Source: Asterionella formosa
Lineage: Eukaryota
Direction: 5' to 3'
Length of the DNA stretch: 32,139 nucleotides
NCBI GenBank assembly: GCA_002256025.1
Contig: NKIB01000529.1
Coordinates: 1-32,139, forward strand
Shown in pieces: positions 1 to 9,828 of this stretch. The notes beneath the pieces were generated by a model. That model was not told the DNA's origin. It did not search any database and saw only the letters and a program-made list of their open reading frames with translations. The translations under genes were made by a program, and so were the position numbers. Numbering within the stretch: position 1 is the stretch's first letter; the number at the start of each line of letters is the position of its first letter.

Positions 1-39
1 TTATATAGATGTCGATAAAAGTACTGCCCTGCAGGCGTA

Positions 40-424
40 TTTTCGGTTATTTTATCGGTGACAACGGAAATGATACCCGCGTGAAAACGTCAGTATCACT
101 GATACCGTTTTTGGAGGGGGCAAAAAAAGGTATCAATTTTGTATCAATGATACAAGTTACCGTTGCTGATACCGTGTTTTGATACCAACCGTCATTTTTT
201 GCCCACAACCCGGAAATGATACAGCAAATTCGGAATGATAAGAACGACCCTAAAGCAGTTTTTGACTGGTACCTGGTATCAGCAACAGTAACTTTATGGT
301 ATCAAATTTTGTATCATCGATACAAAATTGATACCATTTTTTGCCCCCTCCAAAAACGTTATCAGTGATACTGATGTTTTCACACGGGTATCATTTCCAT
401 TGTCACTAATAAAATAACCAAAAA
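40..424. repeat. Long inverted repeat (arms 40-173 and 275-424), GATAC/GTATC-rich, MITE-like
   Basis: Reverse complement of 309-424 aligns to 40-155, and 275-294 (ggtatcagcaacagtaactt) to 154-173. About 10 substitutions plus a ~14-bp insertion in the right arm. Confidence 0.9.
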
Positions 425-539
425 AAATTTCAATACAAGTAGTTTTCCTACATGGTTTTAGTACTTGAAAATTATCAAAATAGACTGGAGGGAAGCCTGG
501 AGGCATACATGCACATGATTGTAGCAAGCTTGTAACCGT

Positions 540-683
540 TGAATTTTCGTGATACTTTTTGGTGATACAATTTTATTGCTGTTGTAGAGATTGGATTTTT
601 TCGGTTCAAATCGAGTAGCCGTTGCATGATACTTTTTCAAAAGATATGAAACCAAATCGAAAATGATAAGAACAACAACCCTT
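540..683 (+). repeat. Further fragment related to the GATAC-rich element
   Basis: Several GATAC motifs; its end (aatgataagaacaacaaccct, ~662-682) resembles aatgataagaacgaccct at 234-251. Confidence 0.45.
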
Positions 684-1332
684 AGTAAACATTCAATTTT
701 GCTTAATGGTTGACATCATCATTTCAACCAAACTACTGTCATGACAATCACGTACTCGGAGTACCAACCTAGTATGATACGGAACACCAACTGGTATTGA
801 TAATTGGGTCAAATTGCTGGCACCACTAGCGTCTTTACTGTTCACATATGATGAAGGATTACATGGCCAACATACCATCTTTCTACGTGAGAGTCGGCTT
901 ACTCGAAAAAATGCGTTTGCTATTAGTTGCATACATGTGAACATATACTCTGTTTCTGTAATTGAATTATTACTATCTAATTAAACTATTCGAAACCAAT
1001 TTAACATACATATATTCATCCCATACATGAACATATTGCCAAATGCCATTCTACATCAGCCGGTCACTCAAATATTTGCAGGAAACCGAATACTACTTGT
1101 CACTATCATAATTATAACAAGAATAGAAGTACTGTCATTTCTTTACACTTTCTACGGTTGTTGCGATGATTACATGGACCATACTGCCGGATATTTAATG
1201 GTTACATCCTCAAAACGAGCATGCTATCGTTTTCTTCCTTCCCATCATCGTCACTTTCGGGATTCTTGCGCATTCCATAATTAAACGCAAGTTGCCGTTG
1301 TTCTACTGGCTGTTTTATCGTACTTTGTATTT

Positions 1333-2846
1333 ATGTTGAGGGTATCAATTAGATGGCCTGAAACTGCTGATGCAACGCTATGTCCCATGGCAGTTGATTA
1401 TGCTGTACATGCTGTGTATAAGCATTTGCCAGGAGGAGCACGGACAGGACAGTCACCAATTGATATATTCACTGGGTCTCTAGTACCTAGACATGGACTT
1501 ATGGACTTACATGTTTGAGGCTGCCCATGCTATGTACTAGATCCTAAAATGCAAAATGGCATTAAGCTACCTAGATAGGAACCAAGTTCTAGTAGGAGAG
1601 CACTGGCTGTTTGTAGGAATGTCTCCTAATCACAGCAGTGATGTGCCATTAGTACTAGACCTAAAAACAGGAAGTATATCACCACAATTTCACGTGGTAT
1701 TTGATGATTTCTTTTCTACAGTTATGTCCTTGCCAGAGGAAGATAACCCACCAGCAGACTGGGAAACAATTTTCGATGAGTCACGCTTTCAAGCGTACTT
1801 CGATGAGCATGATCTATCTTCCTTAGTCTACAGGAAGAATGGTTACAGGACAAGGAAGCCTTCCTAGAAAAGAAATTACGTATGGACGAGGCTAAGGTGC
1901 TACCCACTATGGGATCCACATGGATGAAATGCCTTATGCACCTCAGAGGGAGTTACCAGTGAAGGTGATTATGACACCAGTAATGGAGACACAATTAGCC
2001 CCTAGTGTTGCTGCACTACGACCAACCGAAGAAGTATCGCAGAGTGTACCAGCACGAATGGAAGTTGTGGATACAATTAAGTGGCTGCATAGACTGCCTC
2101 CCACTAGTAGGAATTACGGTACAAGATACTGTAGGAATGATTCCACAAGGAACAGCAGCAGTGGAACAAGAACAAATTTAGCATCCTCAACAACAAGAAA
2201 TGTCGCTTCCACAGCGACGCAGTACCAGAACTGACAGAGCACCGCAACGGCACGGTTCATTCCTGGTCTAGCTGCATGCTGGGCAAGATGGATAGCTTGC
2301 ACATACTTTTCTATCTAGTCTAAGTGAACAGGATTATTGTTTGAGCCTAGCTATCGGAGTCGGTCCTGGCCTAATGATCATCACTAATGACCGATCCTAG
2401 TATTACCGGATATATGGAATCTACCAACCTCATTGTGTTTGCTTGCTGCTATGGCAAAACGGTCTGATCCAGATTCTCCTCGTTATCATGAGGGAATGGC
2501 AAGCATCGATTCAGAATCATTGAGGGATCTAATTCCATTAAGACAAATTTGCAAGGAGGCATCTGAAGCTCTAAAGATTACTGAGCAGTTCATAGTATGG
2601 TCACATTCAAAGATATACGAAGAAAACAGTCATGTTTGCCTCAAGCAACAATGCCGAAAATGACGCAACGCACAAAACATATTGCAGTGGCATATCATCA
2701 TTGGTTTAGATAGTATGTGCCATCAGGTGATATTGAGGAAATCTTTAAGATCGAAACTACAAAACAACTTGGGGACGCACATTTTCACAAAGGGTTTAGT
2801 AGCAGAGAAATTTACAGCAATGCGCAAATTACTATGTGGATGGTAG
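1333..2846 (+). mobile_element. Decayed Ty1/copia (CoDi-like) LTR retrotransposon, pol remnant: integrase C-terminus and RNase H, RT deleted
   Basis: Across frameshifts and stops: WP...LCPMAVDYAVH, SPIDIFTG, LHV*GCPCYVLDPKMQNG, FVGMSPNHSSDVPLVLDLKTGSISPQFHVVFDDFFSTV (integrase C-terminal region); DPDSPRYHEGM (just before RT); LRDLIPLR, IYEEN, RTKHIAVAYH, QLGD..FTKGL, RKLLCGW* ending at 2846 (RNase H). IN before RT/RH is the copia order. Confidence 0.9.
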
Positions 2847-2861
2847 CAGCATGCTTTTGCC

Positions 2862-3500
2862 AAGTGGGAGAGTTGAAACATTTAGAGATTCCTGATTCCA
2901 GATCAGGTTGTGGGAGCAGCTACAATATCTTTCGTCTCTAGTGACCTGATCAGGACATGTACCACAATTCACTAGATGATCAAGGACACATGGTTAAATA
3001 TCGCATGTAAAATGCCACAGTTGAGAGAGGAACTTTCACGAGAAGTTCTCTCCAACCTTTTAAATGGAATCTAGAAGGCAATCGGAAATAAAGGCCAAAT
3101 CAATAAATGATTGACAACTAGACAATTACAGATACTATGTCTGCAAAATCAAGGAACATTAAAGAAGCTAACTAGATATGATCTAGTTATGATTAACAGG
3201 ATCATCCTGTAAGCAGTCATTGATCAAACAGCATCTGGCCTAAGTTGAAATAGGTCAAGATGAGACATATGTGTATTTAGGAAGAGGATGCAGTTTATTC
3301 TCAGTTCAAGTTGGGAACACAAATGAACCTTGCCTCTGATGATCACCTCCATTTTGAAACATGCATGAGATTGGAAGTTTCAAAATTATACATTCAAATT
3401 TTACATTTACATTAAGCTCACTCTTTTATCAAAGCAACTATTAGCAAACAAAGTAAAACAAACAAATTGTGCAGAAACATTTTTCTAGCAACTTTTACTG
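2862..3500 (+). repeat. Putative polypurine tract (aagtgggagag, 2862-2872) and 3' LTR beginning TG at 2874; right boundary uncertain
   Basis: Purine tract lies 15 nt after the pol stop and is followed by TGAAAC and CpG-poor non-coding DNA. No second LTR in the window to confirm it. Confidence 0.5.
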
Positions 3501-3798
3501 CGTGAGAGCTACAGATTCGTAGCATCTACCAACTCTTCTCGGTAATTTGATGATGTCTATCCTGGTCTTTTTTGACCTGCCTTTTTCTAACAATATTCCT
3601 TGATTTGACAATGTCTGATGTTCTGGTCTTTTTCGGCCTGTCTTCTGGAAACATAAATTGTTTTACGGTTAAATCGTCATTAAGATTTATTTCCCTCCAG
3701 CAACAGTCATCTGTATGTATAATTTCTCTCATGCCATCTGTTGAGCTCACTCGTCTTCCATAAATCTCATCTCGACAGCCACTGCGACAAACTCGATC

Positions 3799-5209
3799 AT
3801 GCGATTAATTGCTGTGATATTCGCTTCATTGACGTCGGCGTATGCTCAGCAAGCTCCTAACGTCGAATCTAGTGACCAACTCCTCCGACGGACGATGACA
3901 GGACTAGACCCCAAAACAGTCGAGTTAAAATCTGGAAAGGGCAAACCTGCCAATCGCCGCAAGTTCGTGTCATATCGTAGTTCAGAATGGGAGCAGATGT
4001 GGTGAGTGATTCATGTCCAGGACCATTTTGTGGGCACATTCAACACAATTCTCTTGAACATAGTCACAGTATACAAGCCGTGATTCTAAACTGGTAACAT
4101 TGTCTTTTCTCGTTACAACAGGGTCGACAACGTCGACAAGTGGGCAGAAAAGCAGGAGATTTGCTCCGTCTTATTGGTCGAACAAGCTCAAATCCTCCAC
4201 GATTTTCTAAAAGTCACTTGTACTCGATGGGTAACAGCCCCGTATGCCAATTGGTGCATTATCGATGACAACTTTGTTCCACTTTGGTACAATACAGCCA
4301 ACCGAGCGACATTTGAAGTCTCTTTTGTAAGACCGATCGCTGTTCCCAAGGAACATCCCATTTCTGACAATGAGCCTGTCACTCCTGGACCAGAACATGA
4401 TCACCTTATGAGTCGATTCATTTTCTTCGATGAGCTCACGGGAACGAATTACGTTGAATACATTGAGCCACTTATATCAACGCTCCGTTTTCCGCTTGCC
4501 AAGTGTCTTCAGCCTGAGCCAGCAACAGATGAATACAAATATCACTTTGTCGTGTTTCGAGGATGGATCATTCCGCCTCCTGGGATTAAGGCTGAAAGAG
4601 CTGTGTACTTTGATGCAGGGGCTAGTTCATGGAGCGGAGGTGCGGGGGGTCCTTCTCTGGAGTATTTCACGCATATGTGGCACCGACATGGGATCGATTT
4701 CGACCAAATTCAGGCCTTTGATTTGCAAACATCACCAGATAATTTCTACTCGCAAGTTCCAAAGGAGTGGCAAGGCAAGGTACATTATCGACAGTGTGCT
4801 GTGAGTTCGTCGGCAGGAGACGATAGTGAAGAACACCCCTTTCTACCGATGTTCATCAATCGCCATACAAGTGCTTCAGATTACGTTTTGTTCAAGGTAA
4901 GAGTCTCCATGAATTTCATACTTCTTTTTTTGCAGTTCATGTAAATTGGCTTGGCAGCTCAATAATTCTATTTCCTTCTAGCTTGACGTGGACAGTCCAG
5001 GTGCAGAGGATGGTTCTATCATCGCGATTCTTGAAGATCCTTACACCCATGTCAATGAAGTCGTATGGGAGCATCATGTCAAAGGAAACTATCTGCTGGC
5101 AGATAAGGAGTGGAGTGGCACTGGAGTAGCAGACTTGTCCCTGAGACAATCATATGAATATTTTTTGCGATTGAGAGAAAAAGGCATTCGTGCTCATAGC
5201 TGGGTATAG
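3799..5209 (+). CDS. Secretory-pathway FkbM-like (class I SAM) methyltransferase-domain protein, 401 aa
   Basis: Exons 3799-4001, 4122-4896, 4982-5209 with GT-AG introns give an open 1206-nt frame. N-terminal signal peptide MRLIAVIFASLTSAYA; motifs VYFDAGAS, IQAFD, spliced DYVLFKLDVDSPGAE, VNEVVWEHH, LREKGIRAHSWV. Confidence 0.8.
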
Positions 5210-5519
5210 GCTACTTCCTGTATTGACGCATCTATGGCATAAGAATATTATAACCTTTTTTGGATTTCTCTTAGGTACAGGATGTTCATTATCATGAGAA
5301 TTGTCACTCATTTCAGGATGGGAATATCAAGTAACTAAAGCTATTTCTGTAGATTGATGCAGCAAACAGCACTTCGGTGTGTGATAATGAGAAAAGGAAT
5401 AAGTATTGTACTTCCAAATCCAACTCAGACAGCATTGCTGCTCAGTTTTTGTTGAGTGCACTGACAGCCAGGGTAAACCTGATACCTATACTAGTAGACT
5501 AGATGTTGATGGGTTTATG

Positions 5520-6125
5520 GGTACCTGGTACCTACCGGGGTACCTGGTAGTTTGGTTGTACAGATGCACTCCATTTTCCACTCTACTGCTATCAATCACA
5601 CGAGAAATATTCACCAGTACTGCAAATTGCTGACTGCTATGGCTACATATGCCATGTGAAAATGTACACAACACACAACAACAACTGGTTCGACAACTGG
5701 TCATTCATCAAGATCCAGGTAAGTAAAGCAATACGTGAAAAGGAAAGCATATTGTATTTTGCATGGAGACATGACTAAAAAGCCTGTACTAGGCGGTACC
5801 GTAGAGCGTCAAAATTTAATACATATGAATAATACGTACTAGAATGAACCGCCATGAAGGACAAGCAAAGCAAAAGGTACCAGGTACCAGGTACCTAGTA
5901 CCAGGTGCAGAGTATGCTCCTCCCAAGAGTGAGTTCGTGGAGTACATTCATTTGCCGGCCTGATCATGATACATACCGGTATGCTGTGGTCATAAATACA
6001 ACAGGTACATGAGTATATACAATGATAATAGTGCCGGTATGGTACCCTGGTACCAGCAGGAGTGGACATTTATAAAAACGAGATCATGATCAAAGTCTAT
6101 GTAGGTACCTGGTACCAGGTACCCG
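5520..6125. repeat. GGTACC(A/T)-rich low-complexity clusters upstream of the fucosyltransferase gene
   Basis: ggtacctggtacc at ~5520, ggtaccaggtaccaggtacc at 5876-5895, ggtacctggtaccaggtacc at 6104-6123. Confidence 0.8.
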
Positions 6126-6252
6126 AATTTACAGAACTGTGCCACTTCCGGTACTTATTTAGATATCAAAGTACATCTTCTATCAATCGATGTGACCCGA
6201 TGAACAGAAGCTGTGTCACTTTAAAGTTTCCTCCCCCAGACGCAAAGCAAAG

Positions 6253-7541
6253 ATGGCTCCTCGTTTCTATATATCATTCCTTGTCAACATCCTTGCTTGT
6301 TCAGCATTAGTATTGGCCAAAGACAAAACCGAGGAAGATTTCCAGCAACACCTTCATCGTCGACTCCAAGGCATGGCCTACGAACTTCCGGCCTCGGCTG
6401 CTGAATGGTGCTCGCCTCCTGTACTCCCTCCACTCCCCTACGATGAATGTACGAAGAAGGAAACTCTCAATTCAATTCCTCTTTATGGAGGCCTAACCAA
6501 TTCACTGAAAATTGTCTTATTAGGGGCCATTCTTTCCTTTGAAGAAGGAATATGCTTCTTCGTTGACGAATCCAACTCAGAACTCCTGAATCGAGGTGAT
6601 CAGTCGCAATCGTTGGATTCATTCATCAATCGCTACTTTGAACCTATTGGTGTACAAGATAAAGAGCTTATAGCAAGAATGAAGAAAAACCAAAAAGTTG
6701 AGGTCAAGGATTGGAGTCAAGTGTGGGCAGACTATGATCATAATCGCAGGACGTATGGGTTCTTGTCCGACATCAAGTCTCTGAATTATGAAAAAGTTGA
6801 GGGCCATTACTTGAAGAGAACAATAATGAGGCGATTGTGGGTGAGTTCGCAAGAAGTGCTTCAGTGGAAAATGTGATCATCATATGGTACATATTGGTTC
6901 TAATGTATTTCCGCTGTCCCTTCCTATTTCAGCGTCCGCTCCCGCTGGTCCGCGAACAGACTTGCAGTACTCTGGCTGCACATGGTCTCAAAGAAGATTT
7001 TATTACTATGAGTATTCGCCAGGGAGATAAGAAAACAGAGGAGAATTTTCAGTTTGCGTCCATGCAGCAGTACATCGATGCGGCCGAGCAAAGTATACCA
7101 GTTCACTTTAATGGAAAAATGCCAACTATTTTTGTGGCCACTGATGATTGTAGTGTACTTGGAGAGCTGAGACAGTTGAGACCGGAATGGAAATTCGTTA
7201 GGTGAGTGCAGTTGCTGAGCTCGATTCTGAACAGTTTTTCCCATGTAAACTCAACGTTCATCCCTTCCACGAATATCAATAGCGAGTGCGACCGGGCTAA
7301 AAAGGTAGATCACGGCTTCGCCTTGGCTGATATGAATGGGTGGAGTCAGGATGCGACAGACGAGCATTATAGCAAGTTTTTTGTCGAGCTATACGCCATG
7401 GCGTCGGCCAAGGTTTTTATCGGCATTTGGTATACCAACGTCACATGGTGGGCCTTTTTTATGCGACCAGACAATCGATCCACCTTTAAATTATTGGATA
7501 CTCCAGGAGTAGAAGATCGTGAGTCATTGGATTGGTGGTAA
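6253..7541 (+). CDS. Fucosyltransferase-like protein (GT23/FUT8-like GT-B fold), 371 aa, with signal peptide
   Basis: Exons 6253-6840, 6933-7201, 7283-7541 (GTGAGT...AG introns) give an open 1116-nt frame. Three motifs shared by alpha-1,2, alpha-1,6 and O-fucosyltransferases: SIRQGDKKTEE (HVRRTDK-like), IFVATDD, ELYAMASAKVFIGIWYTNV; N-terminal YGGLTN. Confidence 0.8.
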
Positions 7542-7820
7542 ATAGCAAAGAAAATGTGAGGAGTTGTGGGGGTACGTAGCCTTGGCAAATGAAGTGGATG
7601 AGATCTGTATATGCAAACAATTGTAGATAGCTCTGGCCGAATTACTTAGTAATGAATATTCATTTTCCAAAGCCAAAGAATGAGGAACTCTAAGAGGGCG
7701 ATTGAGACTGATGACAAAATATGGTATGCTATGGTCCTCCATCCTATGTACGTAGGACTTACCTGTTGTATAAAGAGTGCTTATATCTATTGTTGCCGGC
7801 CTCCTTACTAGTTTTCGCTG

Positions 7821-9449
7821 TGGCTGGGTGCACGAAGACTAAAGTTTGGGTAGCCATAGTAGAGCTGGTATGTTATTTTTTAGCTTTCGGTTGGATGCAG
7901 AATCTATCATGCCATTACACTTGCTTCATTACCTCTGACAATGGTGGTGAATATCTCCATATCTTCTTTGTCTGCCACATGCACCGCTAGCTGTATCTGA
8001 CCATTTTGACCATCATAAGCCAAAAAACATCGGTGCACACGGCAAACAATGCACCAATCCGTTTATATTGACTTGTTTCAAGGCTGCCATGAGCGAACAT
8101 GCGCTTCATGATTGCTGGCTACCAGCAGACCAATTGCGGTTATACATGCTCCAGAAATACTCAATTGAGGATTCAGCACAGTTTAATTTAGCTTCGATGA
8201 TAAGGGTGGTCAACAAGGTGCTTCCTCTCATGAGTTCTGCACCAAACATTCTAGAGATTCAAGGTGGCCAACAAGTGCAAGTATACAGGCATTCCTTCCA
8301 AAATCGGAAATGTCGCTATTTCTTCTTTGTCACCTCCAAATTGAAATTCGTTCCTGTCCTCCCTTCACAGTTGAAAGCGTTATCATGGGAGCAAGATTGT
8401 GTACTGACAAGGCTTTTAGCAGGCAGTCAGAGTAAGCCATTGTCAACGAAAATTTCTGAACAAGAAATTATAGTGATGGATGATGCTATCAACAATGGCA
8501 ATAAAGATGGATTGGAACAACCAAAAAAGCGAAAGAGGGGCGGGAGCAATGAATCAGATCCAATTATAATTAGTCCTGTTGAACATCATCAGATGAAAAC
8601 AGATGCTGATGTATGGTGTAATTCTGGAGATGCTCGAAAGTTATTGTGTGTTTTGCATGAAATTCCTACAGTCATAACTGTTGAAAATTTTCGTGAAGGA
8701 TGGGAACAAGGAAGAGCGAAGGATTTGCTGCAAGTTCTTTGGGAAAGAGCATTCATTGACAGCACAAACCTAAGCAAATATGCACTTACTGGGAAGAGAG
8801 AACTCGGAATATTCAACAATGTCAACAGCTTGAGACACATAATGGGAATGTGTGCTGACTTTTTAAATGAAGAGGGAATGCTGCAATATATTGCAACCAA
8901 GATTGGCGTCATGGTCCTCCTGACACCAAAATGTCATGCTGAACTTGCAGGGGAAGGGATAGAGTACATGTGGGCTTGTTCCAAGGGTGCATACAGAAAT
9001 TTGAGCTTGAAAGAGAATAAGGGGAAGGAAAACTTCAATGCAAGTGTGGGCCATTGTTGTCTTTCAGAGCAACTCATCACAGTTCGAAGAATACGAAAGT
9101 TCGCACAGCGTGCTCGTCTGTACCTAATGGCTTACCATGCCATTGATTTTAGTCAAGTTGACCAACAGACTCAACAAGGCTATTCCAAATATGGCCCTGT
9201 TGCCTTAACACGGCTCATCAATGAGTTCAAGACACATCGATGTGCCTTTGACTTTGACTACAAGTTCATTTGGAGTGTGATGAATGATGATTGATGGTCT
9301 TGAGTTTCCTGTTGCATCAATCCTTTTACCTACTACATAGCTGTATATCGTAATATAGAAATTTCATTTAGACATTTCATTTAGACTATAAACGTCGCAT
9401 ACTAGATCTACGGTGGCTACCCAATCGAGTCCAAGCGTGCACCCAGCCA
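7821..9449 (+). mobile_element. TIR DNA transposon, IS630/Tc1/mariner-like, probably internally deleted (1629 bp)
   Basis: Imperfect ~52-bp TIRs: 7821-7872 tggctgggtgcacg-N11-ttgggtagccatagtagagctggtatg versus reverse complement of 9398-9449 tggctgggtgcacg-N11-ttgggtagccaccgtagatctagtatg. Flanks are TG (left) and TA (right). Encloses a transposase-like ORF. Confidence 0.85.
8068..9294 (+). pseudogene. Transposase-like ORF (408 codons) retaining the C-terminal part of an IS630/Tc1-type DDE domain
   Basis: TPKCHAELAGEGIEYMWACSKGAYR corresponds to the P-x-x-[HS]-x-E-L-N-P-I-E-x-x-W-x-x-x-K motif around the catalytic Glu; GWEQGRAKDLLQVLWERAFID precedes it; NLS-like PKKRKR. No recognisable upstream catalytic Asp motifs. 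Confidence 0.7.
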
Positions 9450-9514
9450 TATTGACCTGTCTCTGTCAATTTTCACTGTTTCTTACATTAATAAGCTTAC
9501 TCTAAAAACCTAGA

Positions 9515-9676
9515 TTCAATCCCATTTATCACATTTTGAGAACCTGTTCTTCACGTTCCCCTTTCGCTGATGTAAACCTAGCTAGTTTCTTGACAACATG
9601 GGCATGCTCCATTTGATTCATCAGATGATAATTGAGTCCACAATTCTCGTGACTCATAATAGACATTGATACTACA
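9515..9676 (+). repeat. Dispersed repeat, copy 1 (copy 2 at 29709-29914)
   Basis: Shared blocks ttcaatcccatt, tttgagaacctgttcttca, agctagtttcttga, atgctccatttgattcatc, gagtccacaatt, cgtgactcataatag in the same order and orientation. Confidence 0.9.
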
Positions 9677-9828
9677 TATCTACATATCATATGATATTTT
9701 TGACATACCGGTAGACTACCGGCACCCTCCACGTGCATGAATTGACATGTTCATCACTTTGATCCCCAGTGATGGATTCAAAGTACCCGATAGCTTTACC
9801 GGTACACCGGTAGTCCATCCGAGCAAAG

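Noticed and set aside
3526..3763. Short ORFs on both strands just upstream of the methyltransferase
   Set aside because: No ATG-led coherent model and no recognisable domain.
9361..9386. 13-bp direct duplication atttcatttagac x2 considered as a TSD
   Set aside because: Copies are adjacent and inside the element; a simple tandem duplication.
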